In this document: one piece after another, positions 33,232 through 41,604 of the stretch
Layout of the letters: each line of letters starts with the position of its first letter
How positions within the stretch are numbered: position 1 is the stretch's first letter
DNA from: an uncultured Candidatus Saccharibacteria bacterium
Lineage (GTDB): Bacteria > Patescibacteriota > Minisyncoccia > Phycocordibacterales > SBAW01
NCBI GenBank assembly: GCA_964650645.1
Contig: CAZYUH010000001.1
Location: 564,274-628,273 of the forward strand
Direction: 5' to 3'
Length of the DNA stretch: 64,000 nt
Program-made: the position numbers and the translations under genes
The notes under the pieces: generated by a model
The model's database searches: none
Seen by the model: only the letters and a program-made list of their open reading frames with translations
Told to the model about the DNA's origin: nothing

Positions 33232-33672
33232 ATGAAAGTCATCCTGCTGAGGGACGTGCGCGGGTGCGGCCAGGCCAATACGGTCGTCGACGTGGCGCAG
33301 GGCTACGCGACCAACTTCTTGCTGCCGCACAGGTACGCCGTGGCCGCCACCGAGGACAAGCTGAGGGAGTTCGAGGCGAAGAAGGCGCACGCCGACGCCG
33401 CCCGGGCAAAGGAAGAGGAAGAGCTGTCAGGCAAGGTGAAGTCGCTGGAGGGGAAGTCGGTGACTATTGCCGCCCGCGCGACCGAGAAGGGCGGCCTCTT
33501 CAAGACCTTGGGCGTGCCCGATGTCGCGCGCGCCATACGCGCCGAGCACGGCGTTGACATTCCCGAGAGCTCCATAGAATGCGAGCCGATGAAGGCGACG
33601 GGGGAGCACAAGGCGCGCCTGCGCTCCAAGCATTCAAAGGCGGAGCTTGCAGTCGTTATCGCGGCGCAGTAG
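33232..33672 (+). CDS. rplI: 50S ribosomal protein L9
   Basis: The protein spans MKVILLRDVRG.G...VVDVAQGYATNFLLP, with a C-terminal domain. Confidence 0.9.
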   Translation: MKVILLRDVRGCGQANTVVDVAQGYATNFLLPHRYAVAATEDKLREFEAKKAHADAARAKEEEELSGKVKSLEGKSVTIAARATEKGGLFKTLGVPDVARAIRAEHGVDIPESSIECEPMKATGEHKARLRSKHSKAELAVVIAAQ

Positions 33673-33723
33673 GCCGCTCCCGCCTGCGGCGCTTCCCGCG
33701 CCTAGCGCGGCTTTCCATGAGCA

Positions 33724-33758
33724 TTAAAAAAGCCCCTCGCGCGAGGGGCTTTTCCTTT
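33724..33758. terminator. Bidirectional terminator between rplI and rpmA
   Basis: The sequence is aaaaaa-gcccctcgcgcgaggggc-ttttcctttgg. Confidence 0.8.
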
Positions 33759-33765
33759 GGAGCCT

Positions 33766-34047
33766 TTACTTGGCCGCGATGACGTCGACGGCGGAGCGGA
33801 CCGTGGTGGTGCCGTCGAAGTTCTGCTTGCGCTTGTTGCGGAACGCCACGACGCCTGCCGCGAGCGCGAAGAGGGTGTGGTCCTTGCCGAGGCCGACGTT
33901 CACGCCGGGGAGCATGCGGGTGCCGCGCTGGCGCACGATGATGTCGCCGCGCTTGGCCGCCTGGCCGGCAAAGAGCTTGACGCCGAGGTATTTCGGCTTA
34001 GAGTCTGTAAGGTTTTTAGCTGTTCCGCCCGCTTTTTTACTTGCCAT
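33766..34047 (-). CDS. rpmA: 50S ribosomal protein L27
   Basis: The protein spans [29 protein letters not shown]...[25 protein letters not shown]. Confidence 0.95.
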   Translation of the reverse strand: MASKKAGGTAKNLTDSKPKYLGVKLFAGQAAKRGDIIVRQRGTRMLPGVNVGLGKDHTLFALAAGVVAFRNKRKQNFDGTTTVRSAVDVIAAK

Positions 34048-34068
34048 ACGTTATGCTTATGTGCCCCT

Positions 34069-34461
34069 ATGCTACCAAATAACCCCTTATTTCGCAAGCC
34101 TCAGCGCCTCGAGGCGCTCCTTGTCCCTGCTATGGTCGTCCTGGTGGGCGCAGGGGCGTTCGGGCTGGGAAGGCTCTCTGCTGAGCCCCCTGCGCCGGCG
34201 CTCCGGGTGCTGTACCCGGACGCCCCGGCGGCTGAGCCGTTTTCGAGCACTGCGGCGGTCGCGGGAGCGGCGCCAGCCAAGCCGTCCGCCCCGGCGGCAG
34301 GGCAGGGGGCGTACGTGGCCTCCAAGAACGGCTCCAAATACTACCTGCCCTCCTGCTCCGGCGCCAATCGGATAAAGGAGGAAAATAAGGTATACTTTGC
34401 AACGAAAGCCGATGCGGTCGCGGCGGGCTACGGCCCGGCCGCAGCGTGCCCCGGCCTGTAG
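34069..34461 (+). CDS. Hypothetical membrane-anchored protein with a C-terminal Cys-containing domain (..YYLPSCSGANRIKEENKVYF..AAGYGPAAACPGL)
   Basis: The 130-aa protein has one TM (LLVPAMVVLVGAGAFGL). Its C-terminal ~45 aa resemble the small metal-binding/SH3-like domain often found at C-termini of secreted proteins in small-genome bacteria. This is inference. Confidence 0.5.
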   Translation: MLPNNPLFRKPQRLEALLVPAMVVLVGAGAFGLGRLSAEPPAPALRVLYPDAPAAEPFSSTAAVAGAAPAKPSAPAAGQGAYVASKNGSKYYLPSCSGANRIKEENKVYFATKADAVAAGYGPAAACPGL

Positions 34462-34465
34462 CGCC

Positions 34466-34735
34466 ATGCAAAAAACGCTCAAAAACAGACTCAAGCGCGT
34501 CTTGGTAATCACACTTGGCGCGTTCTTCGTGCTGGTGGGGCTCGCCGGGCTCGTGTTGCCGGTCCTCCAGGGCTGGTTCTTCTTGGCGATAGGCGGGCTC
34601 CTGCTTTCCATGTACTCGCCCAGGCTCAGGGCGTTCATGGACAGGCATACCGTCAAGTACCCCAAGCTCCACGCGTTCGTTATGAAGGCCCAGCGGTGGA
34701 CGGAGCGCGTGTTCGGCGCGCCCGAGGTAGACTAG
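34466..34735 (+). CDS. YbaN/DUF454-like small inner-membrane protein
   Basis: The protein is MQKTLKNRLKRVLVITLGAFFVLVGLAGLVLPVLQGWFFLAIGGLLLS.... The start was chosen internal to ORF 34397..34735. Confidence 0.5.
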   Translation: MQKTLKNRLKRVLVITLGAFFVLVGLAGLVLPVLQGWFFLAIGGLLLSMYSPRLRAFMDRHTVKYPKLHAFVMKAQRWTERVFGAPEVD

Positions 34736-34739
34736 AGCT

Positions 34740-35342
34740 ATGCTGGTGACCGACTGCGAAATGACGGGGCTTGAGCCCACCCTGCACTCCATAGTGAGCG
34801 TGGGGGCCGTCGATCTCGACAATCCCTCGCGCCAGCTCTACGAGGAGTGCCGGATGTGGGACGGCGCCAAAGTAGAAGACGAGGCCCTGGCGGTAAACGG
34901 CTTTACCCGCGCCCAGGTCGAGGACCCTGCAAAGCAGTCGGAAGGGGAGCTGGTGCGCAAATTCATCGCGTTCGCGGACGGCATGGCCGACGCCACGATA
35001 GCGGGGCAGAACGTCTTTACCGACCTCTACTTCCTGCAGAACGCGGCCCGGCGCGCCGGGCACACCGCGTGGCCGTTCGCGCACCGCATCATCGACATCC
35101 ACAGCCTGGCCTGGGAGCATATGGTAAAGAGGGGACTGACTCCCCCGCTCAACCCGGAAAAGCGCCACTCGGCCCTCAACCTCGATGCGGCGCTCCAGTA
35201 CTGCGGCATCCCGGAGGAGCCCAGGCCGCACAACGCGCTGACCGGCGCCAAGTGCAACGCCGAGGTCATCTCAAGGCTTTTGCACGACAAGAAGCTCCTG
35301 CCGGAGTTCGAGCAGTACGAAATTCCTTGGATGGCGGCGTAG
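34740..35342 (+). CDS. DnaQ-like 3'-5' exonuclease (DEDDh family)
   Basis: It has Exo I LVTDCEMTGLEP, Exo II ATIAGQNVFTDLYFL and Exo III HNALTGAKCNAEV. Confidence 0.75.
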   Translation: MLVTDCEMTGLEPTLHSIVSVGAVDLDNPSRQLYEECRMWDGAKVEDEALAVNGFTRAQVEDPAKQSEGELVRKFIAFADGMADATIAGQNVFTDLYFLQNAARRAGHTAWPFAHRIIDIHSLAWEHMVKRGLTPPLNPEKRHSALNLDAALQYCGIPEEPRPHNALTGAKCNAEVISRLLHDKKLLPEFEQYEIPWMAA

Positions 35343-35395
35343 CTGCCGTGGCTTAAAAGGCCCAAATGCGCTACAATCGCAACGTTGAAGAGAAG

Positions 35396-35466
35396 CGGGC
35401 TGTAGTATACCGGCAGTACACATGCATGGGGTGCATGTAGACCGGGTTCAATTCCCGGCAGCCCGA
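35396..35466 (+). tRNA. tRNA-Pro (anticodon GGG)
   Basis: The structure is a manual cloverleaf. The acceptor CGGGCTG/CAGCCCG has 7 bp, with U8, a D-arm GTAT-ACCGGCA-GTAC, an anticodon stem CATGC/GCATG carrying loop AT-GGG-GT, and a T-arm CCGGG-TTCAATT-CCCGG. The discriminator is A and there is no CCA. Confidence 0.8.
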
Positions 35467-35467
35467 C

Positions 35468-35702
35468 ACGAGCAAAGCCAGTGCGGATGAGAACCGCGCC
35501 TTTGGCGCGGTTCTAGGGAATTGAAGGGCGGAGCGATGTTTTGCATTTGCAAAACCGCGAGCCGGGGATGAAAAGCAGATTGCTCTGCTTTTCATCCGGT
35601 GCCGAAGGCAAGCGCCGATGCCGCTTTGCGGCAGGCGCTAGGTGGACGCGGCGCTTTGCTGAGGAGCCAAGCCGACTTGTGGCCAATTCCCGGCAGCCCG
35701 AC
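35468..35702. repeat. Hairpin-rich 216-bp element bounded by a 19-bp direct repeat of the tRNA-Pro 3' end (CAATTCCCGGCAGCCCGAC at 35449..35467 and 35684..35702)
   Basis: The 19-mer copies are exact. The interior carries the palindromes gaaccgcgccTTTGgcgcggttc, gttttgcaTTtgcaaaac and ggatgaaaagcagaTTGCtctgcttttcatcc. Confidence 0.6.
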
Positions 35703-36029
35703 TAAGCTTTTGAGCGGTTTTTCAGAGATTTCAGGGAGCAAAGCCGGCCGGGCAGGGGAGGTGCTTGCCAAAAGCGGCGCTTCCCTGTTCAAGTTGCGCC
35801 GTGGCGCCGCGGGAGTCAAAAAAATCCTTAAAATACGGCTTAAAATAAGGGTTTTATAAAAACGCCAGCGGGGCCGTATTTTTTGTCAAGCACTTCGCTT
35901 GCGGCGCTTGTTTAAAAATAGGTACTATATCTTCAACCCCAAGGGCTTGCCCGCGGGGCTTTTTTCGTGCCCGTCCTCCGGTCGGAGGCCCGGGCGCATT
36001 ACTTATAACTCCGCACTAATTCACCGCTT

Positions 36030-36461
36030 ATGCCAGTCCTCGGCCTCGCCCTCGCCTTCTCGGCCCTCGTTACCGCCAGCTCCACGCCGGCCGTAGCCGC
36101 TGCCGTGCAGGCGCCCGCCGTTCCCGCCGCCCAGTCCGTCGAGCAGTACGTGCGCGAGTACTTCAAGGACGCGCCCGTCATGGCCGAAATCGCCCGCTGC
36201 GAGTCCCGCTTCAGGCAGTATGACAGCGCGGGCCGCGTCCTGCGCAACGAGCAGGGAAGCTCCGCTATGGGCGTCTTCCAGATCATGGCCTCGATACACG
36301 CCGCCTCTGCCAAGAAGAACCTCGGCTTCGACATCTACACCCTCGAGGGCAATGCCGCCTATGCCCGCTACCTCTACGAGAGGAACGGTACGCGCGACTG
36401 GAACGCCTCCAAGGCCTGCTGGGGCAAGTCCCAGCACGTCGCGGTCAGCGCCAGAATATAA
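36030..36461 (+). CDS. Secreted lytic transglycosylase-like (SLT/lysozyme-like) protein
   Basis: It has a signal peptide and SLT motifs ES (IARCESRF), GxxQI (AMGVFQIM) and AYxxY (NAAYARYLY). Confidence 0.65.
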   Translation: MPVLGLALAFSALVTASSTPAVAAAVQAPAVPAAQSVEQYVREYFKDAPVMAEIARCESRFRQYDSAGRVLRNEQGSSAMGVFQIMASIHAASAKKNLGFDIYTLEGNAAYARYLYERNGTRDWNASKACWGKSQHVAVSARI

Positions 36462-36471
36462 GCTCAAGAAC

Positions 36472-36505
36472 GAAAGCCGCCCCGATAAGGGGCGGCTTTC
36501 GCGTT
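36472..36505 (+). terminator. Intrinsic terminator after 36030..36461
   Basis: The sequence is aagccgcccc-gata-aggggcggctt followed by tcgcgtt. Confidence 0.65.
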
Positions 36506-36581
36506 ACGTCGCCGCGCCGAGACAAAGCTGGGTGAAACAGCGGGGGAGCGCTTCCCTCTCGCGACAGGAGTATTTGGTAGG

Positions 36582-36920
36582 ATGAAGCAGGCTCGCTCCT
36601 TGGCATCCTCCGCCGCGCGCAAGCAATCAATAATGAACCCGCACGACATCAGTCTCGACCAGGTGCCCAAGCAGTTCTGCGAGAAGATGCTCATAGGCTC
36701 CAACAACCAGTTCTTCGTCGTGATGCCGTTTACCGGCGCCGATGCCGCAGCCTACGCGATTACGCCCGAGCACGCCAAGAGCCTGCTCAAGACGCTCCAG
36801 GAGCACGTAGCGAAGTTCGAGAAGAATATCCGCCCGATACCGGACATGGGCGGCGCGGTGCCGAGCCCCATACAGACTTCGGATTTGCCGCCGCACGAGG
36901 GGAACGGCCCCAAGAAGTAA
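36582..36920 (+). CDS. DUF3467-family protein
   Basis: The motif YAITPEHAKSLLKTLQEHVAKFEKNI matches the conserved DUF3467 C-terminal motif. An RBS caggag lies upstream of 36582, and an internal Met at 36633 is also possible. Confidence 0.6.
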   Translation: MKQARSLASSAARKQSIMNPHDISLDQVPKQFCEKMLIGSNNQFFVVMPFTGADAAAYAITPEHAKSLLKTLQEHVAKFEKNIRPIPDMGGAVPSPIQTSDLPPHEGNGPKK

Positions 36921-37304
36921 TCCGCAAAAGCCGCATGAGAAATTACCAGCCATGCCGGCGGAGGATGCCAGAGAACGAGCGCAGAGCCGCATGCCAAGGG
37001 CTCCCGGGCCCCTTCCAAGCTTCTCCTATATATATGTCGGAAAAGATATATTGTGCGACGTATAGCCTAGAGCGAAGGGGGGCGCTCGCCTGCCGGTTCT
37101 GCACGGCAAAAGTTTCACCCCCTTCCCTTCTGCCGCGTCCCAAAAAATAAAAAAAATATCGAGCCTGCCTTTGCGCGCTTCTTTTCAAGATTTCCCGCGG
37201 GAATCCAAAACCCGACCCCTCCCCCGATTTTCAAAAATCCGGGTAGGGGACCCGGGATTCAGAAATGCATAAGAACAGGGCGCTGCCTCTCCCCTGTTTT
37301 ATGA

Positions 37305-37348
37305 ATAAAAAATGGAAAACCCCTGCCGCCAGGCAGGGGTTTTGCTTT
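37305..37348. terminator. Bidirectional intrinsic terminator (serves minus-strand gene 37365..37592)
   Basis: The sequence is aaaaaatggaaaa-cccctgccgccaggcagggg-ttttgctttg. Confidence 0.75.
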
Positions 37349-37364
37349 GAGCTCGACGCATGCT

Positions 37365-37592
37365 TTAAGACAATACGAGCTCTGTAGGGAGATTGTCCCG
37401 GAATTTTAGGTCAATCGCGTGCCAGCGCACCTCAACAGAGGTTTCTTCTGGATTCTCCCCCATTGCCTTGTGAAGGTATTTCCGGGCTTCGCGCACAGTG
37501 TCGCCCGGCCGGGGCGACTCATTGCGCTCGTCTCTTTTCGCTACGATCCGCTTCTCGCCGGTATGCTCGTCTCTGAACGTTCCAATAAGCAT
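37365..37592 (-). CDS. Hypothetical small protein (75 aa)
   Basis: An RBS agaggaaaag lies upstream of the ATG and a strong terminator follows the stop. Confidence 0.5.
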   Translation of the reverse strand: MLIGTFRDEHTGEKRIVAKRDERNESPRPGDTVREARKYLHKAMGENPEETSVEVRWHAIDLKFRDNLPTELVLS

Positions 37593-37685
37593 TGTCTTTT
37601 CCTCTTGGCTGAGATGGTCTGCGCCGTCTGACGCTACCGTACCATTATGAATATGAATTGTCTATGGTGCTATGATGGAGGCATC

Positions 37686-38339
37686 ATGGCCTATAAGGAC
37701 GCGCTTAAGGCGCTTTTGACGCCGGGCGAGCGCGCAATCTTGGCGAAGCTCTCGACCCCTAATAAGATCCAGGACTACCTGGACGCGATGCCCAACAACG
37801 TGCTCAACAGCAACGAGCATACGATGCGCTCGCCGCGGCGCGTCATGCGCGACCGGAAGGCCCACTGCATGGAGGGCGCGATGCTCGCGTGCGCGGCGCT
37901 GGCGTACCACGGGCGGCCGCCGCTCCTTATGGGGCTCGAGGCGACCGCGGGCGACTACGACCACATCATCGCGCTCTTCAAGGAGAGCGACCGCTGGGGC
38001 GCGATAAGCAAGACCAACTATCCGGTGCTTCGCTGGCGCGACCCGGTGTACGAAAATCCGCGCGAGCTTGCTATGTCGTACTTCCACGAGTACTTCCTCG
38101 ATACCGGCAAGAAGACCATGCGGCGCTACTGCGAGCCTTTCAATATCCAAGCGTACGACCCTGCGCGATGGCTTGTTGCAGAAGAGGACGTCGACTGGCT
38201 TGCCGAGGAGCTGGGCGAGGCAAAGTACTTCCCCGTGGCGCCCCCGGCGGCCATCCGCGCGCTGCGCAAGGCGTCCAAAATAGAGATACAGGCGACGCTC
38301 CGGCGCGAGTGGGGCCGGGGCGGCAAGCGCCTGCCTTAG
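37686..38339 (+). CDS. Hypothetical protein (possible papain-like/transglutaminase-like Cys-His fold: AHCMEGAML...DHIIALF)
   Basis: An RBS gatggagg lies 5 nt before the ATG at 37686; the track ORF begins at 37647. No confident family assignment was made. Confidence 0.5.
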   Translation: MAYKDALKALLTPGERAILAKLSTPNKIQDYLDAMPNNVLNSNEHTMRSPRRVMRDRKAHCMEGAMLACAALAYHGRPPLLMGLEATAGDYDHIIALFKESDRWGAISKTNYPVLRWRDPVYENPRELAMSYFHEYFLDTGKKTMRRYCEPFNIQAYDPARWLVAEEDVDWLAEELGEAKYFPVAPPAAIRALRKASKIEIQATLRREWGRGGKRLP

Positions 38340-38352
38340 TCCCCTTCCCCGC

Positions 38353-39126
38353 TTAATTCTTGAGCCCGATGCCGTTTCTAAAGAGATAGGCCGTAACGCC
38401 CATGAAGAGTGCCGTCATGCCCGCGAGCACGCCGAAGCACGTCCAGATGCTTATATCGCTGATGCCGAGGAAGCCCCACCGGAACGCGTTGACCATGTAC
38501 AGAATAGGGTTTGCAAGGGAGACTTTCTGCCAGAAGGGCGAGAACTGGTCGATGGAATAGAAGATGCCGCCGAGGTACGTTAAGGGCGTGAGGACGAAGG
38601 TGGGCACGATGGAGATGCCGTCGAAGCCCTTGGCGAACACGCCGTTTATGAGGCCGCCGAAGGAGAACAGCACGGAGGTGAGCACGACCGCGCCCACGAG
38701 CGCGAAGATGTTGAAGATGTACATGTGCGTAAAGAAGAGCGACACGACGGCGACCAGGAAGCCCACCAAAAGCCCGCGCAATACTCCTCCGCTTACGAAG
38801 CCTAAAATGACGAGCCAGTCGGGCATCGGGGAGACAAGTATCTCATCGAGCGTCTTCGTCCACTTGGCGAAGTAGAAGGTCGAGACGGTGTTCATGTACG
38901 AGCTCGTGATGACCGACATCATGATGAGGCCCGGCACGATGAACTGGATGTACTGGAAGCCGTCTATGGGCGCGAGCTGGGAGCCGATGAACTTCCCGAA
39001 GACCACGAAGTAGAGGCTGGTCGTGACGACCGGCGGCAGGAGGGTTTGCGACCATATGCGCATGATGCGCACGAGCTCGTTGCGCATCATGGTTGAGAGC
39101 GGCACCCAGTAGGAAATGGTATTCAT
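38353..39126 (-). CDS. ABC-2 type transporter permease
   Basis: It has six TMs and an ABC-2 family signature region, and is adjacent to the ATPase. Confidence 0.85.
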   Translation of the reverse strand: MNTISYWVPLSTMMRNELVRIMRIWSQTLLPPVVTTSLYFVVFGKFIGSQLAPIDGFQYIQFIVPGLIMMSVITSSYMNTVSTFYFAKWTKTLDEILVSPMPDWLVILGFVSGGVLRGLLVGFLVAVVSLFFTHMYIFNIFALVGAVVLTSVLFSFGGLINGVFAKGFDGISIVPTFVLTPLTYLGGIFYSIDQFSPFWQKVSLANPILYMVNAFRWGFLGISDISIWTCFGVLAGMTALFMGVTAYLFRNGIGLKN

Positions 39127-39132
39127 ATGCGC

Positions 39133-39876
39133 TTATGCGGCCTTCTCCTTTTCCTTGATAATGTCGAGGTATACCTTCTCGAGCTTCTCCTTGCCGTGGC
39201 GGGCAAGGAGGCTCTCCATGCTCTCGTTGGCGGCTATTTGCCCCTTGTTGATGATGGCGATGTTGCGGCACAGCGCTTCCGCCTCTTCCAGGTAGTGGGT
39301 CGTGAGCACAATCGTCGTGCCGTCCTTGTTGAGCTGGCGCAGGAAGTCCCACATGCTCAGCCGCATCTCCACGTCCACGCCGGCCGTGGGCTCGTCCAGG
39401 ATGAGGAGCTTGGGGCGGTGCACGAGCCCGCGCGCTATCATGAGGCGCCGCTTCATGCCGCCCGAGAGGCTCTGGGAGGGCTGGTTGCGCTTGTCCCACA
39501 GCCCTAGCGCCCTCAGGAGCTCCTCGGCGCGCAGGAGGGCCTGGGCGCGCGGTATGCCGTAGTAGCCGGCCTGGGTCACGACGATGTCGATGACCTTCTC
39601 GAATATGTTGAAATTGAACTCCTGCGGCACCAGGCCGATGTAGGTCTTTGCCAGGTCCTTGTCGGTTTCAAGCGACGCGCCGAACACGCTCGCGCTTCCG
39701 GACGTGGCCGTCACCAGGCTCGTGAGTATGCCTATGGTGGTGCTCTTCCCCGCCCCGTTGGGGCCCAGGAGCGCGAAGAAATCGCCCTCCTCCACCTGCA
39801 AATCGACGCCTTTGAGGGCTTCCGTGCCGCCTGCGTAGGTCTTGCGCAGGCCTTTGACGTCGATAGCGTTCGCCAT
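39133..39876 (-). CDS. ABC transporter ATP-binding protein
   Basis: It has Walker A GPNGAGKST, signature LSGGMKRR and Walker B LLILDEP. Confidence 0.9.
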   Translation of the reverse strand: MANAIDVKGLRKTYAGGTEALKGVDLQVEEGDFFALLGPNGAGKSTTIGILTSLVTATSGSASVFGASLETDKDLAKTYIGLVPQEFNFNIFEKVIDIVVTQAGYYGIPRAQALLRAEELLRALGLWDKRNQPSQSLSGGMKRRLMIARGLVHRPKLLILDEPTAGVDVEMRLSMWDFLRQLNKDGTTIVLTTHYLEEAEALCRNIAIINKGQIAANESMESLLARHGKEKLEKVYLDIIKEKEKAA

Positions 39877-39957
39877 GAAGCGCTAAGTATAGCATTTACT
39901 AAAAACGAACGCACCCCGCGCGTGGGCGGGGTGCGTCTCTTGCGGAAGGAAAAGCGG

Positions 39958-40182
39958 CTATGCCCGGCAGTCCCTGCAGGCCCTCCTGTGCGTGAGAAGG
40001 AGCCATACGGCCGAAAGGCCCACGAGCGCGTAGACCGCCGCCTCGAGCGTCATCGAGAAGCCCAGAAGCGAGTGGACGACGTTCCAGTTCTGGCCGCCCA
40101 TAAGAAGCCCCAGTCCCACGGCGCCCCAGTTGAGGCCGCCGATGCCGAGCAGGGCGGACGCGATAATATGCACTGCTTTCAT
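39958..40182 (-). CDS. DUF378-family small membrane protein
   Basis: The segment ALLGIGGLNWGAVGLGLL is typical of the DUF378 2-TM family. Confidence 0.65.
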   Translation of the reverse strand: MKAVHIIASALLGIGGLNWGAVGLGLLMGGQNWNVVHSLLGFSMTLEAAVYALVGLSAVWLLLTHRRACRDCRA

Positions 40183-40307
40183 GTGTGTGGTGTATGCGAT
40201 GCGGGTCGACCAGTCCCGCCTGTAGTTAGTATGGGGCCGGAAAAGCGCCGCGCGTGCGCGCTTCCCTGCCGGTGGGGATAGCGCCGCGTCCGCGCCGGAT
40301 ATGCCTT

Positions 40308-41591
40308 TTACTGCGGCAGGTACGAGAACGGGTTGAGGTAGGCGTTAAGCGGCGCGATGGGGATATAGGCGACGGCGCCGCTGTTGCAGGTGTAGTTCTT
40401 GAACGTGACCGCGCTCGAGATGTAGAGCGTCAGGTGGAGGTGCGGGCCCGTGGCGTAGCCGGTATTGCCCGAGAGCCCGAGCGTTTGGCCCTGCGCGACC
40501 GCCTGGCCCTTGGACACCGATATGGAGGAGAGGTGCGCGTACAGCGAGGTGAGGCCGTTGGGGTGCTTCACCAGCACCCACTTGCCGTACTGGCACATGG
40601 GCGCGACGCCCTGGTTGACGTCTACCACGGTGCCGCCCATCACCGACTTGACCGGAGTGCCAATGGCCGCGGCGAAGTCCACGCCGTTGTGGCCCGAGCC
40701 GTTGTAGCCGCCGGAGGCGGCGAACGCGGTGTTGCCGAAGTACTGCGTTACGCGCACGGAGGCGAGCGGCCAGCCGATGAGCCCGCGCTGGGGCGGCGGC
40801 GCGGTCGAGGGGTCGGCCGGGGCCAGGCTGCGTGCCAGCGCGATGAGCGCCTGCTCGAACGAGGCCTGCTCGGCTTTCTTCTTGGCAATCATCGCCTGGT
40901 ACTCGGCTTCCTGGTTCTTCGTCTGGGTCAAAAGCGTGTTCTGCGTGCTGCGCACCACGGATACGCCCTTCTGCTGGTCGGCCAAATCGTTCTTGAGCGC
41001 GGCGAGCTGCTCGCGCTTCTGCTCGGCGGTCAGCTTGGAGCTGTTGAGGTTGGCCTTGAGCGCTGAAAGGTCCTCGACGTGGTTCTGCAATTCGTCGCGC
41101 ACCGTAGCGAGGGATATGGCCTGGTCGAAGAACGACGCGAGCGTGCCCTCGCCCAAAAGCGCCGCCACCATGGAGTCCTCGGTCAGCTCGTCGAGCTTGC
41201 GCAGGGTCGTCGCTATCTGGTCCTGCGAGGTGCCTATCTTCCCTTCCGTCGTGTGTATGGTGCTGCCCAGGCTCTTGATGTCCCTGTCCTTCTGGGCTAT
41301 CTGGCTCTGGGTTACCGAAAGGCTCTTCTGGAGCTTCTGGATCTGGAGGTCGAGGCCCTTGACCGTGGTCTGCAGGGTGAGCTTCTGCGCGGTGGTGGTG
41401 GTGAGCTGGCTTTCAAGGCGCTTTATCTCCTCCTGTATCTTCTTTATCTGCGCGCTCGTGTCTTCCATCTTCGCCTGCAGCTCTTCGGTGGTCTGCGCCT
41501 CGGCCGGCAGGGGGTGGCGTAGTGACACGAAAGCGGCCGCCGTAAAAAGCGCGGCGGCGCTCCATAGTGCGACTGAACGGTAGCGAAACAT
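40308..41591 (-). CDS. M23 family peptidase with N-terminal coiled coil (EnvC-like murein hydrolase activator/endopeptidase)
   Basis: A signal/TM and ~250-aa coiled coil are followed by an M23 domain with HxxxD-like GHNGVDFAA and HLHLT motifs. The ORF extends to 41630, overlapping the gltX 3' end. Confidence 0.8.
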   Translation of the reverse strand: MFRYRSVALWSAAALFTAAAFVSLRHPLPAEAQTTEELQAKMEDTSAQIKKIQEEIKRLESQLTTTTAQKLTLQTTVKGLDLQIQKLQKSLSVTQSQIAQKDRDIKSLGSTIHTTEGKIGTSQDQIATTLRKLDELTEDSMVAALLGEGTLASFFDQAISLATVRDELQNHVEDLSALKANLNSSKLTAEQKREQLAALKNDLADQQKGVSVVRSTQNTLLTQTKNQEAEYQAMIAKKKAEQASFEQALIALARSLAPADPSTAPPPQRGLIGWPLASVRVTQYFGNTAFAASGGYNGSGHNGVDFAAAIGTPVKSVMGGTVVDVNQGVAPMCQYGKWVLVKHPNGLTSLYAHLSSISVSKGQAVAQGQTLGLSGNTGYATGPHLHLTLYISSAVTFKNYTCNSGAVAYIPIAPLNAYLNPFSYLPQ

Positions 41592-41604
41592 TACGTGGTT
41601 TATT

